A DNA stretch of 64,000 nt from an uncultured Verrucomicrobiae bacterium (GTDB lineage Bacteria > Verrucomicrobiota > Verrucomicrobiia > Limisphaerales > JAFGQR01): the NCBI GenBank assembly GCA_963788655.1, contig CAWBHS010000110.1:96001-160000 (forward strand), read 5' to 3'. Of the stretch, positions 32,054 through 41,476 are shown in pieces. The notes below the pieces were generated by a model. That model made no database searches. It saw only the letters and a list, made by a program, of their open reading frames with translations, and was not told the DNA's origin. Position numbers and translations under genes: made by a program. How positions within the stretch are numbered: position 1 is the first letter of the stretch; each line of letters opens with the position of its first letter.

Positions 32054-33310
32054 CTAGCTACCGCAGAACCGCTCGAATGCGCCGCCGAAAAGGTTTTGCG
32101 CATCGCGCTGCATTTCCTCCTTCGACACCTCCCAACCCGCGCGGGCCAAATCCGTGTATTTGTCCACCAGCACTTTGGCAATGATCCGGCGCGAGTGTTG
32201 CCATTTATAGATGATTTGATCCAGCACGCGGGCGTCGGAATGTTGCGGCGTTACACTCAGGCCAAGCAACTCCAGTCGCATCCGGGTGATCTCTTCGATC
32301 AGCGAGGGCACGTTGGTGAACCACCAGCAACCAAACGCGTGGAGGTTGCGGAATTTGCGGGCGACCACGCACAGCTCGTGCTGGTTTTCGCGCGCCAGGA
32401 CCGTCGCCAGAAACTTCGTGTCCGGAAACGCGGCACACAAATTCTCCAGCGCGCTCATCCGGCTCAACCCAACCCCATCGCCGGCCAGTTTCAAGGCGGG
32501 ATTCACCTGCCGTTTGACGCCAAACATCAGCGCCATGGGCAGTCCAGCATCCCGGCAATGCGGCAACACCGCCTTCTCCAACAACCGCGCCGCAAATGTG
32601 TCCGCCGGAAAATCAAAGTCGGGACTCAACGACACCATCAGATAACGGGCTTGAATCCGGCGGGTCCAGTCATCGAGAAAACGGCGCACTTCGCTGATGG
32701 TCTTCTCGCTCAAACTCGCGCCAACCGCATAGCCCCACTGGGTCAACCAGGGAATGGTGTCCCCCCACGCCAGAAGCAACGGATCAATGCGTAACGCCGC
32801 CATGAACCGCTCGTCCCGAGCAAAACCCTGCTCCCATTGGGGACGCTCCACCGGGTCGAACGGGGAATTGGTCATACAGATCTTCCGTACTCCCGCCAGT
32901 TCCATGCAACGGGTGACATAGTCCTCCGGCTTCCATCCGGCAAACCAAGCGCGCAAGGCCGGCAGATCCCGCTGTTTGGGGTCCAGACCGAGGGCTTGAA
33001 GCACAGTCAAAACCCCACGGCAGGCCTCCGAAACCGGGGAATTCCGGATAAACAATTGGTCCCAGATCAGGTCGGCTTGCTCCGTTTTTGACAAAGCCCA
33101 GAAGGCTGCGTAGGGCTGCTCAAGATAGCGGAACGCCTCGGCCACCAAGTAGTGATAAACCAGGAGTTCATCAATCCCCCAAAGCAAAAGTTCACCAAAG
33201 GCTGGATCATAGAGATGGGTGTGAATATCCAGCACCGGCGTGGCCGCAACAATCTGTTCGACCTGCGCGGCCAGTTCCGGATGCGGTTGGTGAGCGGACG
33301 TGGAATTCAT
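32054..33310 (-). CDS. uxaC: Uronate (glucuronate) isomerase, amidohydrolase fold
   Basis: DIHTHLY, LWGIDELLVYHYLVAE, MTNSPFD, FGCWWF, PQHSDARVLDQIIYKWQH; divergent Bacillus halodurans-type family. Confidence 0.85.
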   Translation of the reverse strand: MNSTSAHQPHPELAAQVEQIVAATPVLDIHTHLYDPAFGELLLWGIDELLVYHYLVAEAFRYLEQPYAAFWALSKTEQADLIWDQLFIRNSPVSEACRGVLTVLQALGLDPKQRDLPALRAWFAGWKPEDYVTRCMELAGVRKICMTNSPFDPVERPQWEQGFARDERFMAALRIDPLLLAWGDTIPWLTQWGYAVGASLSEKTISEVRRFLDDWTRRIQARYLMVSLSPDFDFPADTFAARLLEKAVLPHCRDAGLPMALMFGVKRQVNPALKLAGDGVGLSRMSALENLCAAFPDTKFLATVLARENQHELCVVARKFRNLHAFGCWWFTNVPSLIEEITRMRLELLGLSVTPQHSDARVLDQIIYKWQHSRRIIAKVLVDKYTDLARAGWEVSKEEMQRDAQNLFGGAFERFCGS

Positions 33311-33550
33311 AAGGGCGGCACCGTATCGAAAAGCCGCGGATGGTTCTACCTTTTTTTCCAGTCAATTGCCAAACATTCCCTTTGACGCCGGAAGCGCGAA
33401 CCTTTTGCGAAATCGGCACCCGGGGTGAAGATTATGTGCTCCAGAACTCGGAACGCAGCAAGGTAGCGCGGATGCCCGCCTCCGCGCGAAGTAATGGGCA
33501 ACGTTGGCATTTCGAGGGCATCCGCGCGGCGGTCTGGAAAATATGCGGGT

Positions 33551-33577
33551 TAAGCCCCCTCTCCTGCTTGCCGATAC
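33551..33577 (+). promoter_or_regulatory. Putative sigma28 (FliA) promoter
   Basis: TAAG-N15-GCCGATAC versus consensus TAAA-N15-GCCGATAA, with exact spacing, upstream of a flagellin-like ORF. Confidence 0.65.
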
Positions 33578-33726
33578 CCCAGTTAGCTTACGATCAAGCC
33601 GGTCCACCATCAGGAAGGTTTGCCGACTCAAGGCGTCCAAGCGGCAATCCAATGGGCCGAATGTGAAGGCGAATGCCCGCGTGAGGCCGCCGGCCGCCCG
33701 ATGATCCGAAGCCACTTAGGTCTTTT

Positions 33727-34497
33727 ATGTTTAGTCAGGAAAACGCAGCAACAACATCGGACGACACCCCCGAGCGTCCTGAACCTCACCGCGAGCCGCG
33801 GTCGCCTTTGACGAATGACAATTCGAACATGATCTACCTGCACTCCCAACCGCCGGACCGGGTTTCCGGAAATCGGCAATCCATCGAAACTGAATCAGAA
33901 CTCCCCCCCGGTTTCGCCCTCCGGCAAGCCCTCGCTTTCAGCCAGGAACAACTGGAGGCCATTGCAAAAATTCGCATCGCTCTGCAACAAATGGCCCTGT
34001 TGGCCCAAGCGGCGCTTCAGGTTCCCGAGGCGGAACGACCGGTTCGGGCCAAGGAATTTCAAACCTGGGTGGCCCGGATTCAACACCACCGGGCCGAAGA
34101 ATTTGCGCAGGCCAAATTGTTCGATGGCCAAACGGTGGTTGTAAACGTGGAGCCTCAGGGCAACCGGCTGGTCATGGCCGGAGTAAATCTGCGTGCCATT
34201 GCCTACACTCAGGTCTTGGATTCCGGGGTGGAACACCCAACTCGCGGCGCGCGCGCCCGGGCCACCACCGAAGCCGCCCTCCGGCAACTGGCGTTCGATG
34301 AAACCATCGTCCGAGCGAATGTGGAACGTTTGCACTTCTGCCTCCAACAAACGCTGATCTTAAATGCGGCCCCAACCGGGGCGGGAGCCCAACTGGCCGC
34401 TCCGATGGGCCACCTCGCCCGTCACGAATCGGGCTGGTCACCTGGCGAAGCCTATTCTCCGCGAAGCCGCCCTGCCTTGCAGACCGCCTTGGGATAG
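33727..34497 (+). CDS. Highly diverged flagellin-like protein
   Basis: ALAFSQEQ...ALQQMALLA...EAER...EF...EEFAQAKLFDG...MAGVNL...Y...AALRQLAFD..IVRANVERL follows the flagellin D1 helix pattern. D0 termini are not recognisable. Start could be 33829. Confidence 0.6.
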   Translation: MFSQENAATTSDDTPERPEPHREPRSPLTNDNSNMIYLHSQPPDRVSGNRQSIETESELPPGFALRQALAFSQEQLEAIAKIRIALQQMALLAQAALQVPEAERPVRAKEFQTWVARIQHHRAEEFAQAKLFDGQTVVVNVEPQGNRLVMAGVNLRAIAYTQVLDSGVEHPTRGARARATTEAALRQLAFDETIVRANVERLHFCLQQTLILNAAPTGAGAQLAAPMGHLARHESGWSPGEAYSPRSRPALQTALG

Positions 34498-34616
34498 AAG
34501 CTTGCCTGGCAATGAACTTCCGGTTACCTGTAGTTGCGAACCGTCAATCTTCACCCATCAGTGATGATGACCACTTTGATAATTGTCGGCACCCGGATAA
34601 CTGCAAACTGATACGT

Positions 34617-34859
34617 ATGGCGGGAACCAGACATCGCCCCAGCAAGCCTCGGAGCAGGAAACCGCAGGCGAAGGCCGTGTTGACCAGGACGGCATCGCCG
34701 CGAGCGGCTCGAACCACCAATCCCGTGAATCGGGGGGGCCAGCCGCCAGTCCGGCCAGCCAAAGTGGCGCGCGCCAAGAAACTGTTGCGTGATCCCGCTT
34801 ATCCTTCGCCCTCGGTGTTGAAAGCCGTGGCGAAAAGGCTGAGCAAAAAGCTCAAGTAA
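34617..34859 (+). CDS. Small basic FlgM-like protein
   Basis: Disordered Lys/Arg-rich N-half. C-terminal PVRPAKVARAKKLLRDPAYPS..VLKAVAKRL resembles the FlgM sigma-binding helices. Confidence 0.5.
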   Translation: MAGTRHRPSKPRSRKPQAKAVLTRTASPRAARTTNPVNRGGQPPVRPAKVARAKKLLRDPAYPSPSVLKAVAKRLSKKLK

Positions 34860-36368
34860 TTAACGGTTGTCGAGCGTTTCGCGCACGGCGGCCACCAGTT
34901 GCGCGTTATCAAAAGGCTTCGGCAAGAAGCGCACTCCATCGATTTCCATGGTCCCATCCGGATCCTGCTCCTGCAACCCGCCGCTAAGTAGAATCGCCTT
35001 GAGCTGAGGCTGCTTTTCCCGCAAACGGATCAAGGCATCCCGTCCGTTCAGGTGGGGCATGTGCAGATCCATCAACACCAGATCAATGGGCGCCGCCTGC
35101 GTGTATTGCTGGATCGCGTCTTCCCCGTCGCGGGCTACCAGCACCTGATAGCCCCGGTAACTCAGCACGGCGCGCATGACCACGCGCACCGCTTCTTCGT
35201 CATCAACCACTAAAATCCGTTCCCGTCCTTCCATCGTTTTAGCGTCCACCATTGCTAGATCCGGTTGACTGGGTGTGGCCGGCGTTTCGCACGACCGTGG
35301 CAGGTAAAGGTGAAACGTGGTTCCCTGCCCCCCGCTGCTCTCCGCTTCAATCCAACCCCCGTGCTCGGAAATCACGCTGAAGGTGATGGACAGGCCCAGA
35401 CCCAGGCCGGTGCGCATATCCTTGACGGTCAGATTCGGTTCAGACAACCGTGCCAACGTTTCCGGAGCCATACCTCGGCCGGTGTCGGCGATGGTCAGCT
35501 TTACAAATTGTCCGGCTTTGCGCGGTGGCTGCGCCTCCACCGCGGCAAGGTTGACCGAGGTCAGCGACATTGTTAACCGCCCGCCGTTGGGCATCGCGTC
35601 GCGGGCATTGAGCCCCAGGTTGACCAAAGCCTGCATCAACTGATTGGAGTCCCCGCGCACCTGCCAGGGGTCGCTGGGGACCGCCGTCCAATTAATTTCA
35701 ATGCGCGGGTCGATGCTATGGCGCAAGACAAACACGACCTGCTCGACCACGTCATTCAAGTTGACGGCGGTGAACTTCCGTTTGGCCTGCCGGCTGAAGC
35801 TCTGCAATTTGGCCATCATGTCCGCGCCTCGTCGCGCGCTGGTTTGCGCGTAAGCCAGGTTGGCTTTCAACGAATCAGGGCATTCGGGAGAGTGAACCGC
35901 CAGGTCAACCTGAGAAATGATGGCCGTCAAAATATTGTTAAAGTCATGGGTGATGCCGCTGGCCAGCGCGCCCACCGCCTGATGTTTGCGTGCCAGGTGA
36001 ACCGCATCTTCCATCTGCTGTTGCAGCGTGATATCCCGAAACCGAGCCGTCACAAAGCTTTTGCCCGCCACGATGGTCCGGCTGAGCCAAGCCTCCAGGG
36101 GCAGCCGTTTCCCCTCCGCTGGCTCCATTTCCAACCGCCGAACCGGGCGAGGCGCGCGCCCCGAAAAATCCAATTCACCGACCTTGAGCTGAGTCCACAC
36201 TTGGGCCAAGGCGGGAAATTGAGTCAACGGCTGTCCCAGCGCCTGCGGACGGGGGCAATGGAAGATATGGGCCGCCGCCTCGTTTAAATAAACGATCCGT
36301 TGTTGTTCGTTCACGCTCAGAATCGCGTCGTCGAGTGAGTTGATGATCGCTTCGGTCAGGCCGTCCAT
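34860..36368 (-). CDS. Hybrid kinase PAS-HisKA-HATPase-REC (CckA-like)
   Basis: GALASGITHDFNNILT, NLGLNARDAMP, ILVVDDE...VLMDLHMP...FLPKPF. Confidence 0.92.
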   Translation of the reverse strand: MDGLTEAIINSLDDAILSVNEQQRIVYLNEAAAHIFHCPRPQALGQPLTQFPALAQVWTQLKVGELDFSGRAPRPVRRLEMEPAEGKRLPLEAWLSRTIVAGKSFVTARFRDITLQQQMEDAVHLARKHQAVGALASGITHDFNNILTAIISQVDLAVHSPECPDSLKANLAYAQTSARRGADMMAKLQSFSRQAKRKFTAVNLNDVVEQVVFVLRHSIDPRIEINWTAVPSDPWQVRGDSNQLMQALVNLGLNARDAMPNGGRLTMSLTSVNLAAVEAQPPRKAGQFVKLTIADTGRGMAPETLARLSEPNLTVKDMRTGLGLGLSITFSVISEHGGWIEAESSGGQGTTFHLYLPRSCETPATPSQPDLAMVDAKTMEGRERILVVDDEEAVRVVMRAVLSYRGYQVLVARDGEDAIQQYTQAAPIDLVLMDLHMPHLNGRDALIRLREKQPQLKAILLSGGLQEQDPDGTMEIDGVRFLPKPFDNAQLVAAVRETLDNR

Positions 36369-36479
36369 ACAATGTCGTCTGGCTTAAGAATGCGCGCCCC
36401 GAGGCGCTTGCCAACCGGCCCGAACATAAAGTTTCGTTGACAACTTGAAAATCGAAAAGAGATAGTTTTTTGCAACGAC

Positions 36480-38108
36480 ATGGATGCTGCAAAACGATCG
36501 ACTCAAACACCTAACCAGCAGGCTGGCTCCGCGGCTCGCACCGGGAAATCCAAACCGCGAACCTCCCCTGCCAGCGATCATCTACCAGAGGACGGATCCC
36601 CGCCGCTGAAGCAACTGGCGGCGTTCTGGCCCGGGGTGGTGTTCCAGCAACGCCCGGATTTCACCTTCGCGTTTGTCACCTCCCAAATGGAAGAGCTGAC
36701 CGGCGTGCCCGTGGCGCACTGGCACACTTCGCCGGTGCGGTTTTGGGACGTTGTTCACGAGCAGGATGCGGAACGGCTGGGCCGCCAAATCCAGGAATGC
36801 GCGCAGGCTCCGGGCTTCGTGACGCTGGAATATCGCCTTCGTAATTTGCAGACTGGCCGTGTCCATTATCTCACAGAACGCCGCCGGGCGCTGCGGAATG
36901 CTGCGGGCGAACTCGTCGGTTACGAAGGCCTTTGGCTGGATTGCACCCGACAAAAGTTGGCCGAACGACGGATGGCCGCCGCGAACTGGAACGAAACCCT
37001 CGCCGTAGTCACGATGGGGCTGGCCCATGACTTTAATAATATCTTCGCGGGGATTTGCTCGCTCAGCGATACTTATCTCTGCCAGGTGGACGCCAGTCAT
37101 CCGTTTCACGAGGGTTTGACGCTCATCAACCAGAAAGCCAACGAGGCCAGCCAACTGGTGAATCGGCTGGCCAATGTCCACCGCGACAAAACCGGCTCCC
37201 GAAGTTACCACGACCTGAACGAGGTGGTGCGGAATGCGGTGGAACTCTTGCGCCGCGTTTTTCCACGGCAAGTCGAATTCACCACTCAGCTCAGCGAGAC
37301 GGCTCTACCGCTTTATGTCGATGCCGTGGCTTTTCAACGCGTCATCATTAATCTGGTGTTGAATGCCGTCGAGGCGATGACCGAACGCGGTGAATTGCGC
37401 TTCGAAACGTCTCAACAAGCAACGCTCGACCGTCCCGAACATGCCGTCGGCATCGTCCCGCGAATGCCTGGTTGCTGTCTGACCATTGCCGACACCGGCA
37501 AAGGCATCCCAATCCGTCATCTGGATTCAATTTTTGATTCGTACTTTACGACCAAATCAGTGAACCACGGGTGCGGTCTCGGCCTGTCCAACGCAAAACG
37601 CTTTGTCGAAAATCATCAGGGATTGATTGCCGTGGAATCCAATGAAGGGGCGGGAACGACGTTCCGTCTCTGGCTGCCGCAGGCCGATTTTACCGAGGCA
37701 GAGCCAGGGGAAGCGAGTTTGCCCCACCGGCGCCGGTCGTTCTTATTGGTGGGGCCGCCTGGTCCCCCGCTCGACGTCATGGCCGCGTTGTTGCGGCAGC
37801 ACCAGGTGCAAGTCTTCACCACCACCGACCACGCTGAAGACTGGTTCCAATCCGGCGAGTACTGCTTTGACGGCTTGATCCTGCAAATCGAGGCCCAGGA
37901 CTTGCAGGCGCCCTCGCTGGTCAGTTTCGTCCGTCAACACACCCCGAACCTGAAGGTGATTCTGCAAATTCTGGGTGGCCAACAGGAGCCAATGGAAACC
38001 CAGTTCCTCTTCCGCGCGGATTTGATTTTGACCCCGGACCTCACGGCGGAGGCCATTTGGACGAAGCTGGAAGAACTCTTCAACCCGCAATCAGACAGCG
38101 ATTCATGA
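36480..38108 (+). CDS. PAS histidine kinase with degenerate C-terminal receiver
   Basis: PAS (FWDVVHEQD), GLAHDFNNIF, NLVLNAVEAM, YFTTKSVNHGCGLGL. The receiver-like tail lacks the acidic residues. Confidence 0.88.
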   Translation: MDAAKRSTQTPNQQAGSAARTGKSKPRTSPASDHLPEDGSPPLKQLAAFWPGVVFQQRPDFTFAFVTSQMEELTGVPVAHWHTSPVRFWDVVHEQDAERLGRQIQECAQAPGFVTLEYRLRNLQTGRVHYLTERRRALRNAAGELVGYEGLWLDCTRQKLAERRMAAANWNETLAVVTMGLAHDFNNIFAGICSLSDTYLCQVDASHPFHEGLTLINQKANEASQLVNRLANVHRDKTGSRSYHDLNEVVRNAVELLRRVFPRQVEFTTQLSETALPLYVDAVAFQRVIINLVLNAVEAMTERGELRFETSQQATLDRPEHAVGIVPRMPGCCLTIADTGKGIPIRHLDSIFDSYFTTKSVNHGCGLGLSNAKRFVENHQGLIAVESNEGAGTTFRLWLPQADFTEAEPGEASLPHRRRSFLLVGPPGPPLDVMAALLRQHQVQVFTTTDHAEDWFQSGEYCFDGLILQIEAQDLQAPSLVSFVRQHTPNLKVILQILGGQQEPMETQFLFRADLILTPDLTAEAIWTKLEELFNPQSDSDS

Positions 38109-38620
38109 ACAAGGAAACCGCCGCCGCTGCCGTCCACAATGCGCCCCCAATTTTGGTGGTCGATGATGAGGCTATCGTTCTGGTGGCCCTGCGCGATCTC
38201 CTGCGCCAACAAGGTTATCAGGTCGTCACCGCCACGGAGGTGGTGTCCGCCCTGAACCTTTTGAGCCAGCAGACCTTTGCCGTGGTGATCGCCGATCATC
38301 AAATGCCCCAACTCACCGGCCTGGAGTTCCTGGCGGAAGCCCGGCGGTTGCAACCGGATGCTTTACGGATTCTGACCACCGGGATGCTTGAGCCGAATAC
38401 GGCATTGGAGGCCATCAACCGAGCCGGCGTTTCTCAATTGTTACTGAAGCCCTGGCGCCGGGAAGAACTGTTGCCAATTGTCCAACAGGCGATGGAACGT
38501 TACTTGACACTCCAGCGCGAGCGCCAACGGCTCGACGACGCCCTGGCCCAAAACGCCGAACTCCGCCGGAAGCTTGAGAAGCTCGAACAACAACTGCGCG
38601 ACACAACGTCACCGAAATGA
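38105..38620 (+). CDS. Response regulator (REC plus coiled coil)
   Basis: ILVVDDE, IADHQMP, LLKPW, C-terminal heptad repeat. ATGA overlap with the kinase. Confidence 0.88.
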   Translation: MNKETAAAAVHNAPPILVVDDEAIVLVALRDLLRQQGYQVVTATEVVSALNLLSQQTFAVVIADHQMPQLTGLEFLAEARRLQPDALRILTTGMLEPNTALEAINRAGVSQLLLKPWRREELLPIVQQAMERYLTLQRERQRLDDALAQNAELRRKLEKLEQQLRDTTSPK

Positions 38621-38660
38621 ACCGCCACGTTGTGGAAGGTTGGCCGAATAGCCGCCACAT

Positions 38661-38742
38661 TCTTGATCCTGCTCTTGCTCTTGCTCTTACTTTTTCCAGG
38701 CGTTAAGCGAGCAAGAACAAGAGTAGGATCAAGAGCAAGAGG
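38661..38742. repeat. Inverted hexamer-repeat element (CTCTTG)n/(CAAGAG)n
   Basis: tcttgatcctgctcttgctcttgctc pairs with gagcaagaacaagagtaggatcaaga at 24 of 26 positions. Confidence 0.8.
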
Positions 38743-38890
38743 AACATACCACAGCTTGACTCAATGGTAGTGGGGCTGGGAACGTGGCCAGGGACCACAC
38801 GAACTGAAATGACTCATGCGTCGATGTTGGGACCGATTGTCTTTTCGCTTTTCCCAATCCGAGAAACCTGCAAACTCATCGCCGAACACT

Positions 38891-40568
38891 ATGAGCGCAA
38901 AATACACCATCGGTCTGGATTACGGCACCAACTCGGTGCGCTGTTTGATCGTCAACACGGCCAATGGCCGCGAAGTGGCCACGGCGGTTTGGGGCTACGA
39001 ACACGGCACCGAGGGAGTGATCCTTTCGCGGGATCCCAACCTGGCCCGGCAACATCCCGCCGATTACCTCAAGGGCGCGGAAGTCACCATCAAGAAAGCG
39101 CTCGCCGCCGCGAAGAAATCCGTGCGCGGCTTCCAGCCGGATCAGGTCATCGGCATTGGCGTGGATACCACCGGCAGCACGCCGTTGCCCGTGGATCGCG
39201 AGGACAGCCGCTGGCCTTCACTAAGAAGTTCGCCAACGATCCCGCCGCCATGGCGTGGCTCTGGAAGGACCACACCAGCGTGGCCGAGGCCGCCGAGATC
39301 ACCGCCCTGGCGAAAAAGATGCGGCCGCAATATCTGGCCAAGTGCGGCGGCACGTACTCGAGCGAATGGTTCTTCAGCAAGATTCTGCACTGCCTGCGCA
39401 CCAGTCCGGACGTGTTCGACGCCGCTTACACCTGGGTCGAGTGCGCCGACTACGTCCCGGCCGCGCTGACCGGAACTGAAGCCCCGGAGAAACTCACCGT
39501 GGGCGTCTGCGCCGCCGGCCACAAGGCGATGTACAACGACCAATGGGGCGGCTACCCGGATGCGGAGTTTCTCGCGAAGCTGGATCCCAAACTGGGCGCC
39601 CTGCGTTCGCGCCTTCGTTCGCAGGCTGCCACCATTGATCGCGCGGTCGGCGGCCTGACGGCCGCGTGGGCCAAACGCACTGGGTTGCCAGCGGGCATTC
39701 CCGTGGCGGTGGGCGCGTTCGACGCGCATCTGGGCGCGGTCGGGTCCGGCATCGCAACCGGGCGCACTGGTGAAGATCATCGGCACCAGCACCTGCGACA
39801 TGATGGTCGTGCCAGTCGGCGACAAATTGGCGGACATTCCCGGCCTGTGCGGCATCGTCAACGGCAGCATCCTGCCCGGCTATTACGGCCTGGAAGCAGG
39901 CCAGTCGGCGGTGGGCGACATCTTCAACTGGTTCGTGAACTACATTCAGCCGTGGGGCCAAACGCTCGGTTCGCACGAGCAACTCACCCGGAGCGCGGCC
40001 AAGCTGAAGCCCGGCGAATCGGGCCTGCTCGCGCTGGATTGGAACAACGGCAACCGCACCATCCTGGTGGATCAGCGCCTCACCGGCCTGCTGCTCGGCC
40101 AGACGCTTGTACACCACGCCGGCGGAAATCTACCGCGCGCTGATCGAAGCCACCGCCTTCGGCGCGCTGACGATCATCAACCGCTTCGAGGAATACGGCG
40201 TGAAGGTGAAGCAGGTCGTCAACTGCGGCGGCATCGCCGAGAAGAATCCGATGGTGATGCAGATCTACGCCGACGTGACGGGTCGCCCGATGAAGATCTC
40301 CCGCTCCGCGCAAACCTGCGCGCTGGGCGCGGCGATTGCCGGCGCGGTCGTGGCGGGAGCCTTCCCAAATTACGCCGCCGCCCAAAAGGCGATGACCGGT
40401 TTGAAGCCGCGCGTGTTCAAACCCAATCCCCAAGCCCATGCAATCTATCGCGAACTCTATCCGCTCTACCGCAAACTCCACGATGCCTTCGGCACGGTAA
40501 ACTGGAAGGGGAACCTCGGCGACGTGATGAAGAAACTCCTCGACATCCGCAACCGCGTGCGGAAGTGA
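38891..40568 (+). CDS. araB: L-ribulokinase (indels near 39205, 39760 and 40105)
   Basis: IGLDYGTNSVR, GVDTTGSTP, LWKDHT, GGTYSSEW, CAAGHKAM, GAFDAH, IGTSTCD, EAGQSAVGD, LDWNNGNRT and EATAFG, spread across four frame fragments. Confidence 0.92.
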
Positions 40569-40580
40569 CAACTTGCCCAA

Positions 40581-40749
40581 GGTAGAGCGAGAATCCGTCG
40601 AGCCCTGATTTTCCTTAGCGTGTTCGTCAATCCAATGCCTAGCAGAAGAAAATGTCTGACATTCGAACACCAAACGCTTCCCGCGTTGACGCTGTTAGGA
40701 GTGCGGAAACGATGCGGGAAGTCAGGGCTCGACGGAGTCTCACCCTACC
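40581..40749. mobile_element. About 170-bp MITE/REPIN-like element, copy 1
   Basis: Terminal inverted repeats ggtagagcgagaatccgtcgagccctga / tcagggctcgacggagtctcaccctacc. Confidence 0.8.
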
Positions 40750-40783
40750 TGTCGAGGGTGGGTAACTGGCTCTTAAACAAAAC

Positions 40784-41476
40784 ATGATCAAAGAACTGAA
40801 GAAACAAGTGTGCCAGGCCAATCTGGATTTGGTCACCGCCGGGTTGGTGCTCCAGACATGGGGCAACGCCAGCGGTCTGGACCGACAGCGTGGTCTCATG
40901 GTCATCAAACCTTCCGGCGTGCCCTACGATGGCATGAAGCCGGAACAGATGGTCGTCGTGTCGCTCGCCACCGGCCAAGTGGTCGAGGGCACACTCCGGC
41001 CCAGTTCGGACACGCCGACGCACCTGGTGCTTTATCGGGCGTTCAAGGACATTGGCGGCATCGTCCACACGCACAGCCTTTACGCCACCGCCTGGGCACA
41101 GGCGAAACGCGAAATTCCGGCTCTCGGCACCACCCATGCCGATTTTTGTTATGGCCCGGTGCCCTGCACCCGGACGTTGACTGGGGCCGAGATTGAAGCG
41201 GCTTACGAAGTTAACACCGGCCACGTGATCGTGAAGCGATTTGCCAAACTCGATCCCTTGGCGTGCCCCGCCGTGCTGGTGGCCAATCACGCTCCATTCA
41301 CCTGGGGCAAGACCGTGGCGGACGCCGCCGAACACGCCATCGTGCTCGAGAACGTGGCCCGCCTGGCCAGTGAAACGTTGCGCATCCAATCTGCCATCAA
41401 AGCCGTACCGCAAACCTTGCTCGACAAACATTACTTCCGGAAACACGGCCCGGGAGCCTACTATGGACAAAAATGA
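40784..41476 (+). CDS. araD: L-ribulose-5-phosphate 4-epimerase
   Basis: TWGNAS, IKPSGV, PSSDTPTH, HTHS, GTTHAD, LLDKHYFRKHGPGAYYGQ. Confidence 0.96.
   Translation: MIKELKKQVCQANLDLVTAGLVLQTWGNASGLDRQRGLMVIKPSGVPYDGMKPEQMVVVSLATGQVVEGTLRPSSDTPTHLVLYRAFKDIGGIVHTHSLYATAWAQAKREIPALGTTHADFCYGPVPCTRTLTGAEIEAAYEVNTGHVIVKRFAKLDPLACPAVLVANHAPFTWGKTVADAAEHAIVLENVARLASETLRIQSAIKAVPQTLLDKHYFRKHGPGAYYGQK

Noticed and set aside
33638..33663. Second sigma28-like site (CAAG-N14-GCCGAATG)
   Set aside because: Spacing is off by one and both boxes match poorly.
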